From assembly GCA_030264375.1 (NCBI GenBank), contig JASCQW010000162.1, positions 33,705,595-33,769,594 of the forward strand: 64,000 nt of DNA, given 5' to 3'. Below, piece by piece: positions 12,624 through 24,392 of this stretch (positions within the stretch are counted from its first letter, which is position 1; each line of letters opens with the position of its first letter). The notes under the pieces were generated by a model, which saw only the letters and a program-made list of their open reading frames with translations, did not search any database and had not been told where the DNA came from. Source of the DNA: Carcharhinus longimanus. Its lineage: Eukaryota. A program made the position numbers and the translations under genes.

Positions 12624-13761
12624 CCTCATGCCCCTCTACCCATTCCCATCACCCCTCACAACCCCATGCCAACCTAAATCCCTCTGCCCACCTCCATAAA
12701 TCTTAATAGCTCTTAAGCAAACCTATGCCTCTCTGTCCACCACTACAGCCTCTTAAGCTCCATATGCCAACTCAGTGCTAGTTCAACGTGAACCGTCTCC
12801 ACATCCACCACCTTTGGCACTTACACTTACCATGCCAACTCACTCAGCATCCAACCTGAGCAGCCCTCAGGACTCATGCTGACTGAGATTAAATAAAGTT
12901 CTTAAGTTTAATTGATGAATTCTCTATTTTTTAAAAACACTCATATTTGAAATTCTTTCATCTCTTATAAAAATTCATAGAGAATGAGAATTCGTAGTTC
13001 TACTTCACGAACTTATAACCATTTGGAGTTGACAAATCAACTGTGAATGAACAGGGACCCCTGACTGTAATAAAGAAGTCAGTCATCCAGCACTAATCCT
13101 GTAATGATAACTTTTAGTTTTATGTCAGTACGGTGTGAAAACACTGCAGATAATTTTTTGAAATGTTTATAAAGGGCAGGAATTTTAAATACCTTGCCAG
13201 CTTGCCAGCTCCTACTAATGGCTTCAATGAGTTTGAATGTTCCAATGAGTTTATTCTCTTGTTAGGCATGTTCATGTCTACATTTAACAATCCCAAAGGG
13301 AATCATACCTCTAACAAAGGGTACCTTGTCTTCCCCCAACAATGCCCAGAACCATTTGCTAAAAGGTACCTTACATCCCCAAAAGGGTATCTCACAACTC
13401 CAAACATATAGAAGCTTTAGACCTACTCCTACCAGGACGAAAGTGTTCAAGTCATGTCTTGAATATCCCACTAATGAAAATCAGGTCTGCCTGAGGCAGC
13501 TGCACTTTGACATATGTAATTACCTCCCTGACCATGGATGTACAACTTAGAACCCATCCCTATCCCTCCACAAAATGGTGTTCAGGACGAGGCTTCCAGA
13601 TTTCGGCTTTCTTTTCCTAATGATGGAGACATTCTCCATCTTTACAAAATTTCAGGCCCTTAATTCAATCAGCTATATAATGAAGATCAGATTTCAACCA
13701 ATTTTGGACACAGAAATAGCTCTGGCACTGTTCTAGTCTATTGTGCTCTAAGAGTCAGTCT

Positions 13762-14570
13762 TGTTGTTTCTGTTCATCCATCATCATTGATGAGGACCTC
13801 CACACTATTAGTCATTTTGAGGCCGGACGCGGTGTGTCTGAACATGACTGATCAGGCCAATTCGGGTACGGAATGTCCTGGCACATATTGTACAGACTTG
13901 TGTAGACCTGTAGTTGTTGCGCTGGTGGCTCTGGACTTGCGCAGCTCGGGCTTAAGTTGTGCTTCAGCAATACACCTTACTTCGTAAGTTTGATAGCCTT
14001 TGTGGATGAGGCAGCGCCAAGTAGGGCAGTTTTGTGCCAGCTTTTCCCAGGTGGTCATGTCTATGTCAAGCAACTTCAGGGAGGCCTTGAGTGTGTCTTT
14101 GAAATGTTTCTTCTGCCCTCTATGCGAGCATCTTCCAGCAGACAGCAGTTTGTGGACTGATGATAGTCTTGCTCTAGAGAGAACTTCAGTGTCTGGTACT
14201 TTTGTCTTGCCATCTGATGCGTAATATTCTGTGAAGCCAAGTCATGTGGAAATGATTGAGCTGTCTTGCATGCCTTCGATACGCAGTCCACGCTTCACAG
14301 GCATACAGGAGGGTAGTGAGTACTGTGGCGCTGTAGACCTTCAGTTTTGTTGCTGGGCTGATTCCTCGATGTTCCCATACAGTGCAGCGCAGTCTACCGA
14401 AAGCAGAACTTGCCTTTGTTATTCTTCAGTTAACTTCTGTATCAGTAGTCGCTGCTTGGAAGAGGGTGCTGCCAAGATAAGTGAACTGGTCCATTGCTGA
14501 TAGTTTCTGCCCTTTGATTGTGATTATGGGTTTTGTGCATGGTGCATGAGAAGCAGGCTGGTGCAAGAGT
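13762..14570 (-). mobile_element. RTE-clade LINE 3' fragment (decayed RT C-terminus)
   Basis: Minus-strand frames give TKLKVYSATVLTTLLYACE-like and DMTTWEKLAQNCPTWRCLIHKG...ELRKSRA segments typical of RTE/BovB-like ORFs; CAA-rich tail. Confidence 0.85.
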
Positions 14571-14878
14571 CAGTCTAAAACCACACTGAAACCAGAATGG
14601 GTTATATTATTAACCCATGAAAATACATGTGGGGATTATAGCATATGAAATTGGTGCTCCCTGCTGTTTACAGTGATTGTGCTGACTGCATGGAGCAATC
14701 TGTGCTTTTCATCAACTACACACAATAGCAGGGAGTCTGAGATCACAATTGGCTGGTGTTTACAAAGGCAGTCAGCATCACTTAAAGGGGAGGTGTATGA
14801 TGACTGTAAGAAGGGGCTATTTGAAAGTATATCTGCACTTTGATATTTTGAGGAATGGCTGAAACAGTGAAATGGTGA

Positions 14879-15410
14879 GCTCCTAGGTTTTCAGGCAATG
14901 CACACTGGTTTTGGTGCAAGACAGAGAGACATCCTATATCTGCAGGGAGCAGAAGGCCTCCAGTCATAAATCCAAGAAGCAGAAGAAAGAAGATGGAGAA
15001 AGACCATGGATGCATTACAGGGAGAAGTTTAATGGTCTGACCTGAACTGGTCAAGATGAGTGAGTTCACCTTCAAATGGAATATCCGACCAACAGCACCG
15101 CTAGGGTCATCTACTGCTCAATTCACTACACTCCCGTCACTCGCCTATAAACAATCAATGTCAGTCAATCATTGCTCAGCCATTCAATTCAGGTACCTGA
15201 CCATCTTGCAAGGCGTCCGCTAAATACACTTTCTTCTTTCTTGCATGAGTTGGTCATGCATTACAGGAAGTGGCAGGAAAGAACTGGTAGAGGACATGCC
15301 CACCTGCCCATCCTTACCCTGATGGGGACAATGACGCTTGCCATTATGGGAAGAGGCAATGTTGAGGCTGTGACTACTGGCTGGGCTGAAAGGGTCAATG
15401 ACGAGTCTGC
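14879..15410 (+). pseudogene. Decayed Myb/SANT-like DNA-binding protein gene of a PIF/Harbinger transposon
   Basis: Frameshifted APRFSGNA...RDILYLQ..GSRRPP...RPWMHYREKFNGLT, then after an intron-sized gap HYRKWQERTGRGHAHLPILT (TGGG-like motif of NAIF1/MSANTD-type proteins). Confidence 0.7.
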
Positions 15411-17894
15411 TGGAACTTGTTTCCTCAACTTCTTCCTCATTCCACGTTGACTTCTGATTCACAATCTTCTGCACATTGCTTCAGTATCATTTGTTGCTGT
15501 TTCTATTTCAAAATAACATCAGGATAAATTGTTTGAAAAATACAGTATGCATTTTAATTCGAACCAAATGGATGAGGTGGATTGAGTGAAGATGGAAGTG
15601 GGGAAAGGAAAAAGATGACAAATGGGAATTTCTGGCGGTCCTGTAAACAAAACATTTCCTCCAACTAAGGATATTAAATTATGGAAATTACAAGTTTCCC
15701 AGGGCAGGAACAATGTGGAAAATAACTTCCCCTAATTGTGATGACATTAATTTTTTCATAATAAATAGTTATGTTCAGCTTGAATTACAGTACAGCCAAT
15801 ACGAGATTAATTGAACATACACTGACTGAAACTGTTCCTTTTGAACAACAGCAGAAATTCTGATCCACTACATGAAATCACATAAAATTAGAACCTTTTT
15901 TTCATGGCTTCTGACGAAGCTACCAGTTGTCCTTCTACACAATAGCCAATGGCAAGTTAGGCTGTCTACAGTCACGAACTACTCAAGTGCATTGCTGAAG
16001 TATAAAATATGACTTTTGGGCTAGATTTTAAGTGGCCAGTGGCACTTGAGAAATCCGGAAGTGAGTGCAATACAAACCTGTTGTTTTTTAGTGCAGCCAG
16101 TGTAGGAACGTATTTTTCAGGTTTCTCAGTCGATTAGGTAGAGTGGGAATAATTGTGCCCCACTTGAGTTGATTTCAATAAGATAAATGAAACCCTAGCC
16201 TTGGCCATCCATCAACCTGTTTGCCTGCAGCAACAATGTCCCCCAGCTCATTGGCCAAACTGCACTTCCTTGCAAATAATGAGAGAGATGATGGTGAAAA
16301 AAGACTTGGAAGTTCAGACTCATCTCAAAGCACCTCAGCTTCTTACCCTTTACCCCTTCCAGTCTGAGTCAGCACCCTGTATGCTGCTTCCTGTTCTGAT
16401 GGCTGAGTCTGCCCTGCTGAAACAGTGTATGGTTGGGTCCTCACAGACTTGAAAACCCAAAAGTTGGCATTAAATATATCTCAGCATTCAGAACAGGGAC
16501 CTGAGCGGCCTGTCTGTACCTTTGCTTTGTTTGTAATTGTACAAGGCAATGCACTTGGTATGTTATCACCTTTAATAGTTTTGTTTAATTTTTGTGTTTC
16601 CATACTTTTCGGTCTTACCCATTCTTGGTTGTTGCCTGGCAAGTGACCTTTCTATTTGTGATGGCTCTGGGCCACTGGGTCTGGGCCCTGGAGCTCACAG
16701 ACAAGGCAATGGTTTGAAGATTGGAGCTCATCCCAGTATCCCAAAGTGAGCTGCTGTGTTTGTCACCAGTCTCCCAATGAAGGAAGCCATGCATTCTGAA
16801 GAGTGGGTGATCAAGGCGCTCATATCCTGAATGGACTCCTCCACTTCTCTAAAATCTGTTACACCTCCACGTACTTCACATTGCCTGTCTAGCATCTATG
16901 GCCGGACGTACGACTCCAGAGGCTCATCATCAGCCTGGGGCTCAGCATCTTGGTTCCCTCCAGTACTCCTCTGATTGGCAGAGGCCTGCTCCCCCTCAGT
17001 CTCCAACAGCTGGTTTTGTGACCATGATGTCTTCACACAAGTGTGTGAATCCCTTAGACCAACACGTGCGTACCCATTGCAGTGTGTGTATCTGCACAGG
17101 TGCAAGGTACAGAGAAAGGATGTGATGCTGCAACCTCCGAGGATTCCTCCTCCCCCTCAGAGGTTAACAATGGTTTCCCAGGAATAGTGTCTGCAGCTGC
17201 CAATGTTTCATTTGTGTGGAAACAAACAACATGTATGAAGGGCACCATCATCATTTGAGGTGACTCTAGAGAGATACGCTTCCTAAAAACACATACTCAT
17301 AACACTGGAAATGGTGTATTGTTCCCTGGTTTATCTCTACACCCCTTCTTAAATAGCAAAATCACACTGGCTGTTCACTAGTACTCTGGCACCTCCCCCA
17401 TGGCCAGAGAGGAATTAAAAATCCTTGTTAAAATGTAAAAAAACACTTGTTATTTGAAGAGACCAATGCGCTTAGCAAAGGGTCCTGAGTGAGATCGTGC
17501 TGGCGTAATAGTCATGAAAATTTAAAACAGGTTCTTTGTCTATTTTTGCTCCAACAATTCATCTGATTTGCAAGTCTTCTTGGTCTTAACTTCCGCCTTC
17601 AGGTCACTAATTTGCTGTACAACTGCTGAGGTACCTTTAAATGAGTAGTCATGACCAGCTTCCCGTTAATCACCAGTCTTCCTGGATATTCCACCCTCTT
17701 GCCCTGATTTGGCACATGGCCCACTCTTCCTTAACCTAGTTGGCTGGCTTCCCAACCGGTAGCTATTAATTGGCCGATTGATGCTTTATTCGCTGTTTTT
17801 AAAGGTAACAGCAGGGGTGGTCAGCAAAGCACACACTTCCTACCTCAGACTCACACCTCCTACCAAAAGGCTTAATATTCACTATGTTGTCACC

Positions 17895-18290
17895 ATTATA
17901 ATGTCAAGTAGGCCATGCAGCCTCTGGGGTATGCTCTGGCATTTACTAAGATCATGGCTGATTAGATCTTAGCCTTAATGCCACTTTCCTGCCTCTTCCC
18001 CATAACCCATGACAGCCCTATATTTCAAAAATCTGTGTAGCCCAGCCTTGAACATATTCAATAACCCAGCACCCCCCGTACTTTCTGGGGTAGAGAATTC
18101 CAAAGAATTTCCTTTAAATGGGAGACTCCTTATTCTGAAACTGTGCCCCTCAGTTTTAGATTTCTTATCAGGGAAGACATCCTCTTCCATCTCCCCTGTC
18201 AAGCGCCCTCAGAATGCTATATGTTTCAGTAAGGTCACCTCTTAGGTCAAATGAATATAGCCCACTCCACTCAACCTCTTCTCCAGATGC
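17895..18290 (-). mobile_element. CR1 LINE 3' fragment
   Basis: Minus-strand LRGDLTETYSILRALDR / FPDKKSKTEGHSFRIR motifs plus a CR1-type 3' UTR. Confidence 0.8.
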
Positions 18291-18387
18291 AAATGGCAGG
18301 AAAAAGAAGGCATGGACTTGTTGTAATGGTTTCCCCACTGTACTTACGTTTCTTTGCATTCTGGTGCTTCTCTGGGAGATGAATACA

Positions 18388-18695
18388 GGGCGGCACAGTG
18401 GCACAGTGGTTAGCACCTCTGCCTTACAGCGCCAGGAACTTGGTTTTGATTCCCAGCTTGGGCCGCTGACTGTGCAGGATCTGCACATTCTCCCCATGTC
18501 TGCATGGGTTTCCTCTGCATGCTCCAATTTCTTCCCACAACCTGAAAGGTGTGTCGGTTAGGCGCATTGGCCATGCTAAATTTTCCCTCAGTGTACCCGA
18601 ACAGGCGCTGGAGTGCGTTAACTAGGGGATTTTCACAGTAACTTCATTGCAGTGTTAATGTTTGCCTACTTGTGATACTAATAAATTAACTTTAA
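18388..18695 (+). mobile_element. HE1-type V-SINE, tail type B, full length
   Basis: GGGCGGCACAGTGGCACAGTGGTTAGCAC head, V-domain, tail ...GATTTTCACAGTAACTTCATTGCAGTGTTAATG...CTTGTGATACTAATAAA. Confidence 0.9.
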
Positions 18696-19204
18696 AAGAA
18701 GTGTTGCACCTGTGCTTACACTAAATAGATTCCCAATCATTCCAACTCAAGTGTGGTCAAAAGTGTTGCCAATTGCTGACCGCTATTGTTACAATGTCCA
18801 TAAGGTGCCCAAATGTAAGAGCAGCTCAACAGGTTGACAGTACACTTTTGTCAGGGCCATTTTCTCAGATCGGGGAGAATGTAGGTGACTCTGGTAACAA
18901 ACAGAAAGCACTTCTAAATTAATTTCCAACACTGGGTTCTTCATGATTTGTAGCGTCCATTATTTTTAAATGCCGTGACCCGCAGAATGAGTGTGGGGAA
19001 GAAGGGCTATGTTAGGGATATCTCCGAGCTATGATAATAGCTTGGAACGCAAAACCAATCAGGCTTTGACTGGTGCAGAACACTTCAGGTGTTACCTTTG
19101 GGCCAGAAAGGTTCAGGTAAACTGGTTCCCTGTTTTTGCTGGTCACATTCACTTTTCTGACAAGGTTCTGACATATGCATATCATGTACAGCACTGCTAC
19201 CAAA

Positions 19205-19452
19205 CGTAATCTTTAGTAACTTCAGTTCATTATTGTCCTGAATAAATATTGTTAAATTCCTTCATACCGAAGGGTGTCCTCGGGAACTATTCAATAACCA
19301 GGCATCAGGGAACACAGATCCTTATTCCAGTCTACTCGTCTCTCACTCCAAATAAAAACTGCCCTCTCAGGGTGGTTCCCAACCAAGTCATCCCACACCT
19401 TAGGTCACATGACCCATCCCTTTAAAGGGGCTATGCCCCAATATACATTACA
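19205..19452 (-). mobile_element. Probable short solo LTR
   Basis: On the minus strand it begins TGTAAT and ends ATTACG (one change from TG..CA inverted termini) and contains CCCCTTTAAAGGG/GGTCATGTGACC; no clean TSD. Confidence 0.4.
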
Positions 19453-20926
19453 AATAGCAATTCGCTCTGCTGTGGAAATATAAAGAATCCTTATTAAAAT
19501 TCAAAAGCCAAAATAAATACCACTTTCTTAATTGCTACTCCTTTCCAGCTGTTAACATCTTCCCTAGTGCAAAGTGCAATTGCAAAAAGCTGAAGAATAA
19601 CATGGATTCCACAGAGCCCTAAACTGAGAAATGTCCTTCTGGGCACATTTACTATTATTTGTACAACCTGGAGAGATATGCCTGAATCAAAAATATCTAC
19701 AGATAAATTTGCATAGATAAATCATATTTAGCTCAAAACTGACTGCTTTTACCAAATCCACAACAGCTACATCAGAAGGAAACTCATTTATGTTTACACG
19801 CCAGTGTACATTAACTTAGGTTTAAATTCCACTTATTTAGTCTTTCGGCTCGTAACTACTGACAAGTTGTACATGAATTTAATAACACATCCTTTCATTC
19901 AAACATCTGGCCGTGCTTAATTAAACATTTAAAGCTTGTACCGTTTTACTTGTGGAATAAATAAAATCTCCAAGTAGCATTATTTGTAGACTGGATACAT
20001 CCTGCTTGCTGAACAAGTGCATTTTTTTGTCACTTGCTTTCCGTTGTAACGAGTTAAATAGAGTATAACGTATAGTGAATTATTTTCTGATAATTAACTG
20101 CAGTTTATCCCTTGTTAATGTTTGCATTAGAGTCACTATAATAGTATCCTGTTGATTGTATACTATCATGCATCACAAGCTATTTGTATTAATCACCAGC
20201 AAGAAAAATGACACCAGCTACAGGAAGAAACAGATAAATGGCACCCAGCATGTGTGTTTGAATGACCGGACGTGAAATTTAATGAAGNNNNNNNNNNNNN
20301 NNNNNNNNTTCAGCATTAATTATTACGCTAACAGGCTTGCCAGTTTATTAATATCAGAGATGGAAAAAGCAAGCGACTGCTCTCCAGGGCCTCAATACTG
20401 GATCCATTACTTAAACACTGTTCACATCTGTCCTGCTGCAAAATTAAGAGTATGGATTAGATTTAATAACAGAATTAGTGATTCAAAAAAAGTGCTCTAC
20501 ACTGTCATCAACAAATGGGTAATTATAACCATCCCTTTTTAAAGGGTTCCACCTCAAATCTGTCTGAAAGAAGCGGACGAGAACCATATTGCATCATACG
20601 ATACATGTAACGTTCAGTGGTTTATACAAACAGACTCACAAGCTGTGTGTTATGTTGATATTTCTTTACATGGGCCTGAGTTCCCCAGTCAACAACATTA
20701 ATTTTCCACTGAGGATGTGGAGAGAAAGTAGACCAGTAAATGTCCAGGTGAAAATAGGACAGATCTAACTCTTCATTGTGCTACAACTTTTATTTACACT
20801 TATATTTAATAGGCTCAGTTAAAAATATCATGGATCTCACACTGAACAGCATTTCAACCAAGTATTTTCAGAAACAGCAGTGAAAAGGTTAAGCTATGCA
20901 TGCTTTTCTATATTTTCATCAAATAA

Positions 20927-21215
20927 GCCAGCATGGTGGCACAGTGATTAGCACTGCCGCCTCACAGCATTAGGGACCTCTGGGTTCGATTCCCGGTTTG
21001 GATCACTGTTTGTAGGGAATATGCACATTCGCCCCATGTCTGTGTGAGTTTCCTCCCACAGCCCAGAAGACGTGCTGGTTAGGTGCCTTGGCCATGCTAA
21101 ATTCTCACTCAGTGTACCTGATAAGTTCAGGGCTGTGGCAACCAGAGAATTTTCACAATAACTTTGTTGTAATGTTAATATAAGCCTATTTGTGACACTA
21201 ATAAATAAAATTAAA
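20927..21215 (+). mobile_element. HE1-type V-SINE, tail type B
   Basis: A/B boxes (TGGCACAGTGA, GGTTCGATTCC), V-domain and type-B tail. Confidence 0.9.
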
Positions 21216-21699
21216 TGAAGTTGACACATAGAGCAAATAGTAAAGCATTATGAAGTTAATGAAATCAGAAGTTTTTGGTATGATCTACAGCATGTGTTCA
21301 CGGCAGCCATAAAGGCATCTGGGAAACATGACCATTCACAGTTATCTTGCACCATGCCTGCTTAGCAGTACTAAGTAAGACTGTAAAAGAAAGTGCAAGT
21401 AACATCTTATTCCTCCGTTAGAATGACTGTAACTGCACATTTTGTGTTCTTTACACATTTTCCCATTTAGCCTTTGCAACCGAGTACAAAATTGCAAAGA
21501 CTTCACTATTTCTAAGGATAAAACATGTGAGGGGTTTTACTTTCTCAGCTCTGATGTAATATTTCAAACAGTTGCTTCAATCAGATTGGACTCGAGGTAA
21601 TGTTGACTGTGGTTAAGCTCTTTTAAGCATTTGAGAAGTTACAATTCTCTGCAGTTTTTGTGGTTATTTCAACATCACTTCCCAAGTGCCACTCAATGC

Positions 21700-21915
21700 T
21701 ACATTCCGTTTCCTTTCCCAGTCGGAAACCTGAGCTTGAATCCAGCCAGACTGATAGGGTGAAAGCCTCCTTTCTCTTCTAACTATAAAAATCGTCTGCA
21801 AAACGATGATGTCCTGTCTCAAGGTAGATACTTGTAGCTGTGAGACACATCACATCATTCAGCTTAAAGTTGACAGTCTCACTTAGAAATACCACAAAAA
21901 TGGTTCATGGAGGAA
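21700..21915 (+). mobile_element. LF-SINE-like ancient SINE relic
   Basis: Ordered blocks CCTTTC, GAATCCAGCCAG (21738), GAAAG, GTCTCA, CACATCACA (21846), GTTGACAGTCTCA (21869) and AATGGTTCATGGAG (21899) match the LF-SINE consensus as I recall it. Confidence 0.6.
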
Positions 21916-22061
21916 TCAGAAGCCTTTTGAGTTTGGCATTAACACGCAGAGGAATGACATTTGTCTCAGTCTACTGCACAAAATGGGTGTGAGGAAATCA
22001 GCAGCCTATTCTATTTTTCACCCTGATTTTCATTTTCATTCAAACCTCCTAAATTCCCATT

Positions 22062-22197
22062 AATTCTTAGATAGTCTGGCTTCAAATATGAAACAGGAGA
22101 GACAAATAGAGGAAAGAGGGTAAATATCTATTACGAGGGAGGAAGTGCTAGGGCTTTTAGGTAGCGTAAGGACGGATAAAGCTCCGGGGCCTGATGG
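22062..22197 (+). mobile_element. CR1-type ORF2 fragment running into an assembly gap
   Basis: Encodes ITREEVLGLLGSVRTDKAPGPDG (conserved K(A/S)PGPDG upstream of the RT domain). Confidence 0.8.
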
Positions 22198-22297
22198 NNN
22201 NNNNNNNNNNNNNNNNNNNNNNNNNNNNNNNNNNNNNNNNNNNNNNNNNNNNNNNNNNNNNNNNNNNNNNNNNNNNNNNNNNNNNNNNNNNNNNNNN

Positions 22298-22471
22298 TAG
22301 GCTGATTGGTATACCAAATTGACACTATTCTCCCCTGAATCTGGCTAAGTTAGGGGTTCCACTCGCAGACACGCGGGGCAGGGTAGGTGTAGGAGGATGC
22401 GGCAGCGCGGGCTCGTTGGGCCGAAGGACCTGTTTCCCGTGCTGGGTTGTTCTTTGTTCTTTGTTCTTTGT
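22298..22471 (+). mobile_element. CpG-rich young retroposon 3' end with a CR1-type tail
   Basis: GCGGGCTCGTTGGGCCGAAGGACCTGTTTCCCGTGCTG followed by (TTCTTTG)n; lies on the right side of a 100-N gap. Confidence 0.7.
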
Positions 22472-22551
22472 ATTCAACACTCTTTGGGGCATCAATTCAT
22501 TGGTACCCAAAACTTGGTATAACTTGCACTGAGCATAGTCAATGCATTCCA

Positions 22552-23262
22552 GGATGGAGCATATAAAGTTAGAGGGACAATTTTTGGGGGGTATAGATGT
22601 AGAGGTTGTATAGGTGCATAGATCATTGAAGATGGCAGAACAAGTGGAGACAGCAATTAATAAAGCATACAACGTCTTGGGTATTATTAATAGGGGCATA
22701 GAGTACAAGAACAAAGTTATGCTAAACTTATGTAGGACACTAGTTAGTTCCCAGCTGGAATATTCGGTACAGTTCTCCTCATCACACTATAGGAAGGACG
22801 TGGATGCATTGGGGCAAGTGTAGAAGAGGTACACAAGAATGGTTCAAGAAATTTCAATTGTGAGGATAGATGGCGAGGTTGGGACGAGTTCTCCTTAGAG
22901 AGAAGAATACTAACAGGAGATCTGATAGAGATTTCAAAATCATGAGGCGGCCCCTGCTCGTAAAAGGATCAAAAATGACAGATTTGAAGTGATTGCAAAA
23001 TAAGCAAATGTGCTGTAGAAAGAAACCTTTTCATGTAATGAGTAGTTGGGTCTGGAATGCACTGCCTGGAAGTGTGGTGGAGTCAGGTTCAATTGAGGCA
23101 TTCAGGAAGGCAGTGGATGATTATTTGAATAGAAACAATACGCAAGGGAACAAGGAGACATCAGGAAAATGGCACAAAGTCACAATGCTCGTTGGAGAGC
23201 TGATGGAGACACAGTGGGCTGAATGGCCTCCTTCTGTGCTGTCATACTTTCTTGATTCTATT
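22552..23262 (+). mobile_element. CR1 LINE 3' fragment
   Basis: HRSLKMAEQVETAINKAYNVLGIINRGIEYKNKVMLNLCRTLVSSQLEYSVQFSSSHYRKDVDAL and VWNALPGSVVESGSIEAFRKAVD. Confidence 0.92.
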
Positions 23263-24275
23263 TTTCTCAGCACCTGGAATGTAAACCACAACAGCATCTA
23301 CTTCTCATTCACATAAGACTCACAGACGTTTAAGAAAGAGTGATTACAAAAAAGAGATAGCATTCATTGATACCTTTAGAAGATCCTGAGAAATCACTGT
23401 TACTTCAGTTCTTAAAAATAATAGTTGAATCTGTTGCAGGTTTGAGAATTCCACGTATGTTCACTGAAGAAATTAGGATGTTGGAGGTTTCTGATTAACT
23501 CTATAATCTACTCATAGGTTTCTGGCTTTTCTAGTTGTAGTTGCGGTTGAGCCTGTAGTTAAAATATATAATCTTAAGGTATAAAGAATTAGCCCCATTT
23601 CTCTGTCTTAGGCAGTGTCCTTCCTTTTTTTGGGTAAGATGACTTCCTCCAAATTCTTTGCACCCAGGCAGACTTCCCTGGCTTGTTCTTAGAATAAGAA
23701 GAATTACTATCTCAAACCAGTTTCTGACATGTGACCCCAGAATTAATATTCTCATTATCCACACAAATGATTTGGTGGAGAATGAATGGTGGCCATTCAC
23801 ATCTCTGAGTGATAATGTGCTTTACTTCAAACCCATCTTTGTGAGATTTCAAGTTTGCTGACATAAGTCTGGAGCAACTGTTCTATTTCAGTTTCTGTAA
23901 ATATCCGGGTAATAGTGATGTCGGTTCCACAAGTAATCTGTTGCATCCTGATGCTCCTTGAATGGACGGTTCCCAAAAACGTTATTTGCCTTTTAATGAC
24001 TTTCCAGAGACATGTCCAGTCATGAGGTTGGTTCCCATTGGTTCAGTAACCACAAGAGGTTACCTGGCTCCAATGGAATCCATTTCGTCAACATGAATTG
24101 TCTATGCTTCTTTAAGAAAGTTAAAGGTTTTTTTCTGTGGCTTCTACTGGTCCTTATTTAGGCCGCTGTAAAGCAAGAGCAAGCAGCTTGGGGCCTTGAA
24201 ATGTCCAAATACACGTAGCCAATTTTTCAAATTAATCTCATGCGATGCAGTATACTTCTGTTAATATTGAAATGA

Positions 24276-24392
24276 GGGCCCGAATTTTACCGCCTTACCC
24301 TCCCCGGAATCGGGGCAGACGTGGCTCACAGAACGGAATTCTCTGTTGGCCTCGGGTGGGATTTTATGAGTTTCACCCGAGCGAGGTCATAA
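24276..24392. mobile_element. Short MITE related to 61940-62066
   Basis: Starts GGGCCCGAATTTTACCG and has internal GGGTGGGATTTTA; right end degraded. Confidence 0.55.

Noticed and set aside
16640-17250. Overlapping ORFs such as LETEGEQASANQRSTGGNQDAEPQADDEPL as a host exon
   Set aside because: They look like the decayed low-complexity part of a transposon accessory gene (possibly Harbinger), but there is no diagnostic motif, so I left them uncalled.
19902-19925. TWIST-homeodomain Coordinator composite motif
   Set aside because: An E-box and TAATTA are both present, but the spacing is longer than the fixed Coordinator spacing as I recall it.
23825-24110. Minus-strand open stretch (..DITITRIFTETEIEQLLQTYVSKLEISQRWV) as an exon or Gypsy integrase tail
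   Set aside because: Only a faint PLEPGNLLW / WNRHH resemblance to integrase C-termini, and no convincing splice sites.
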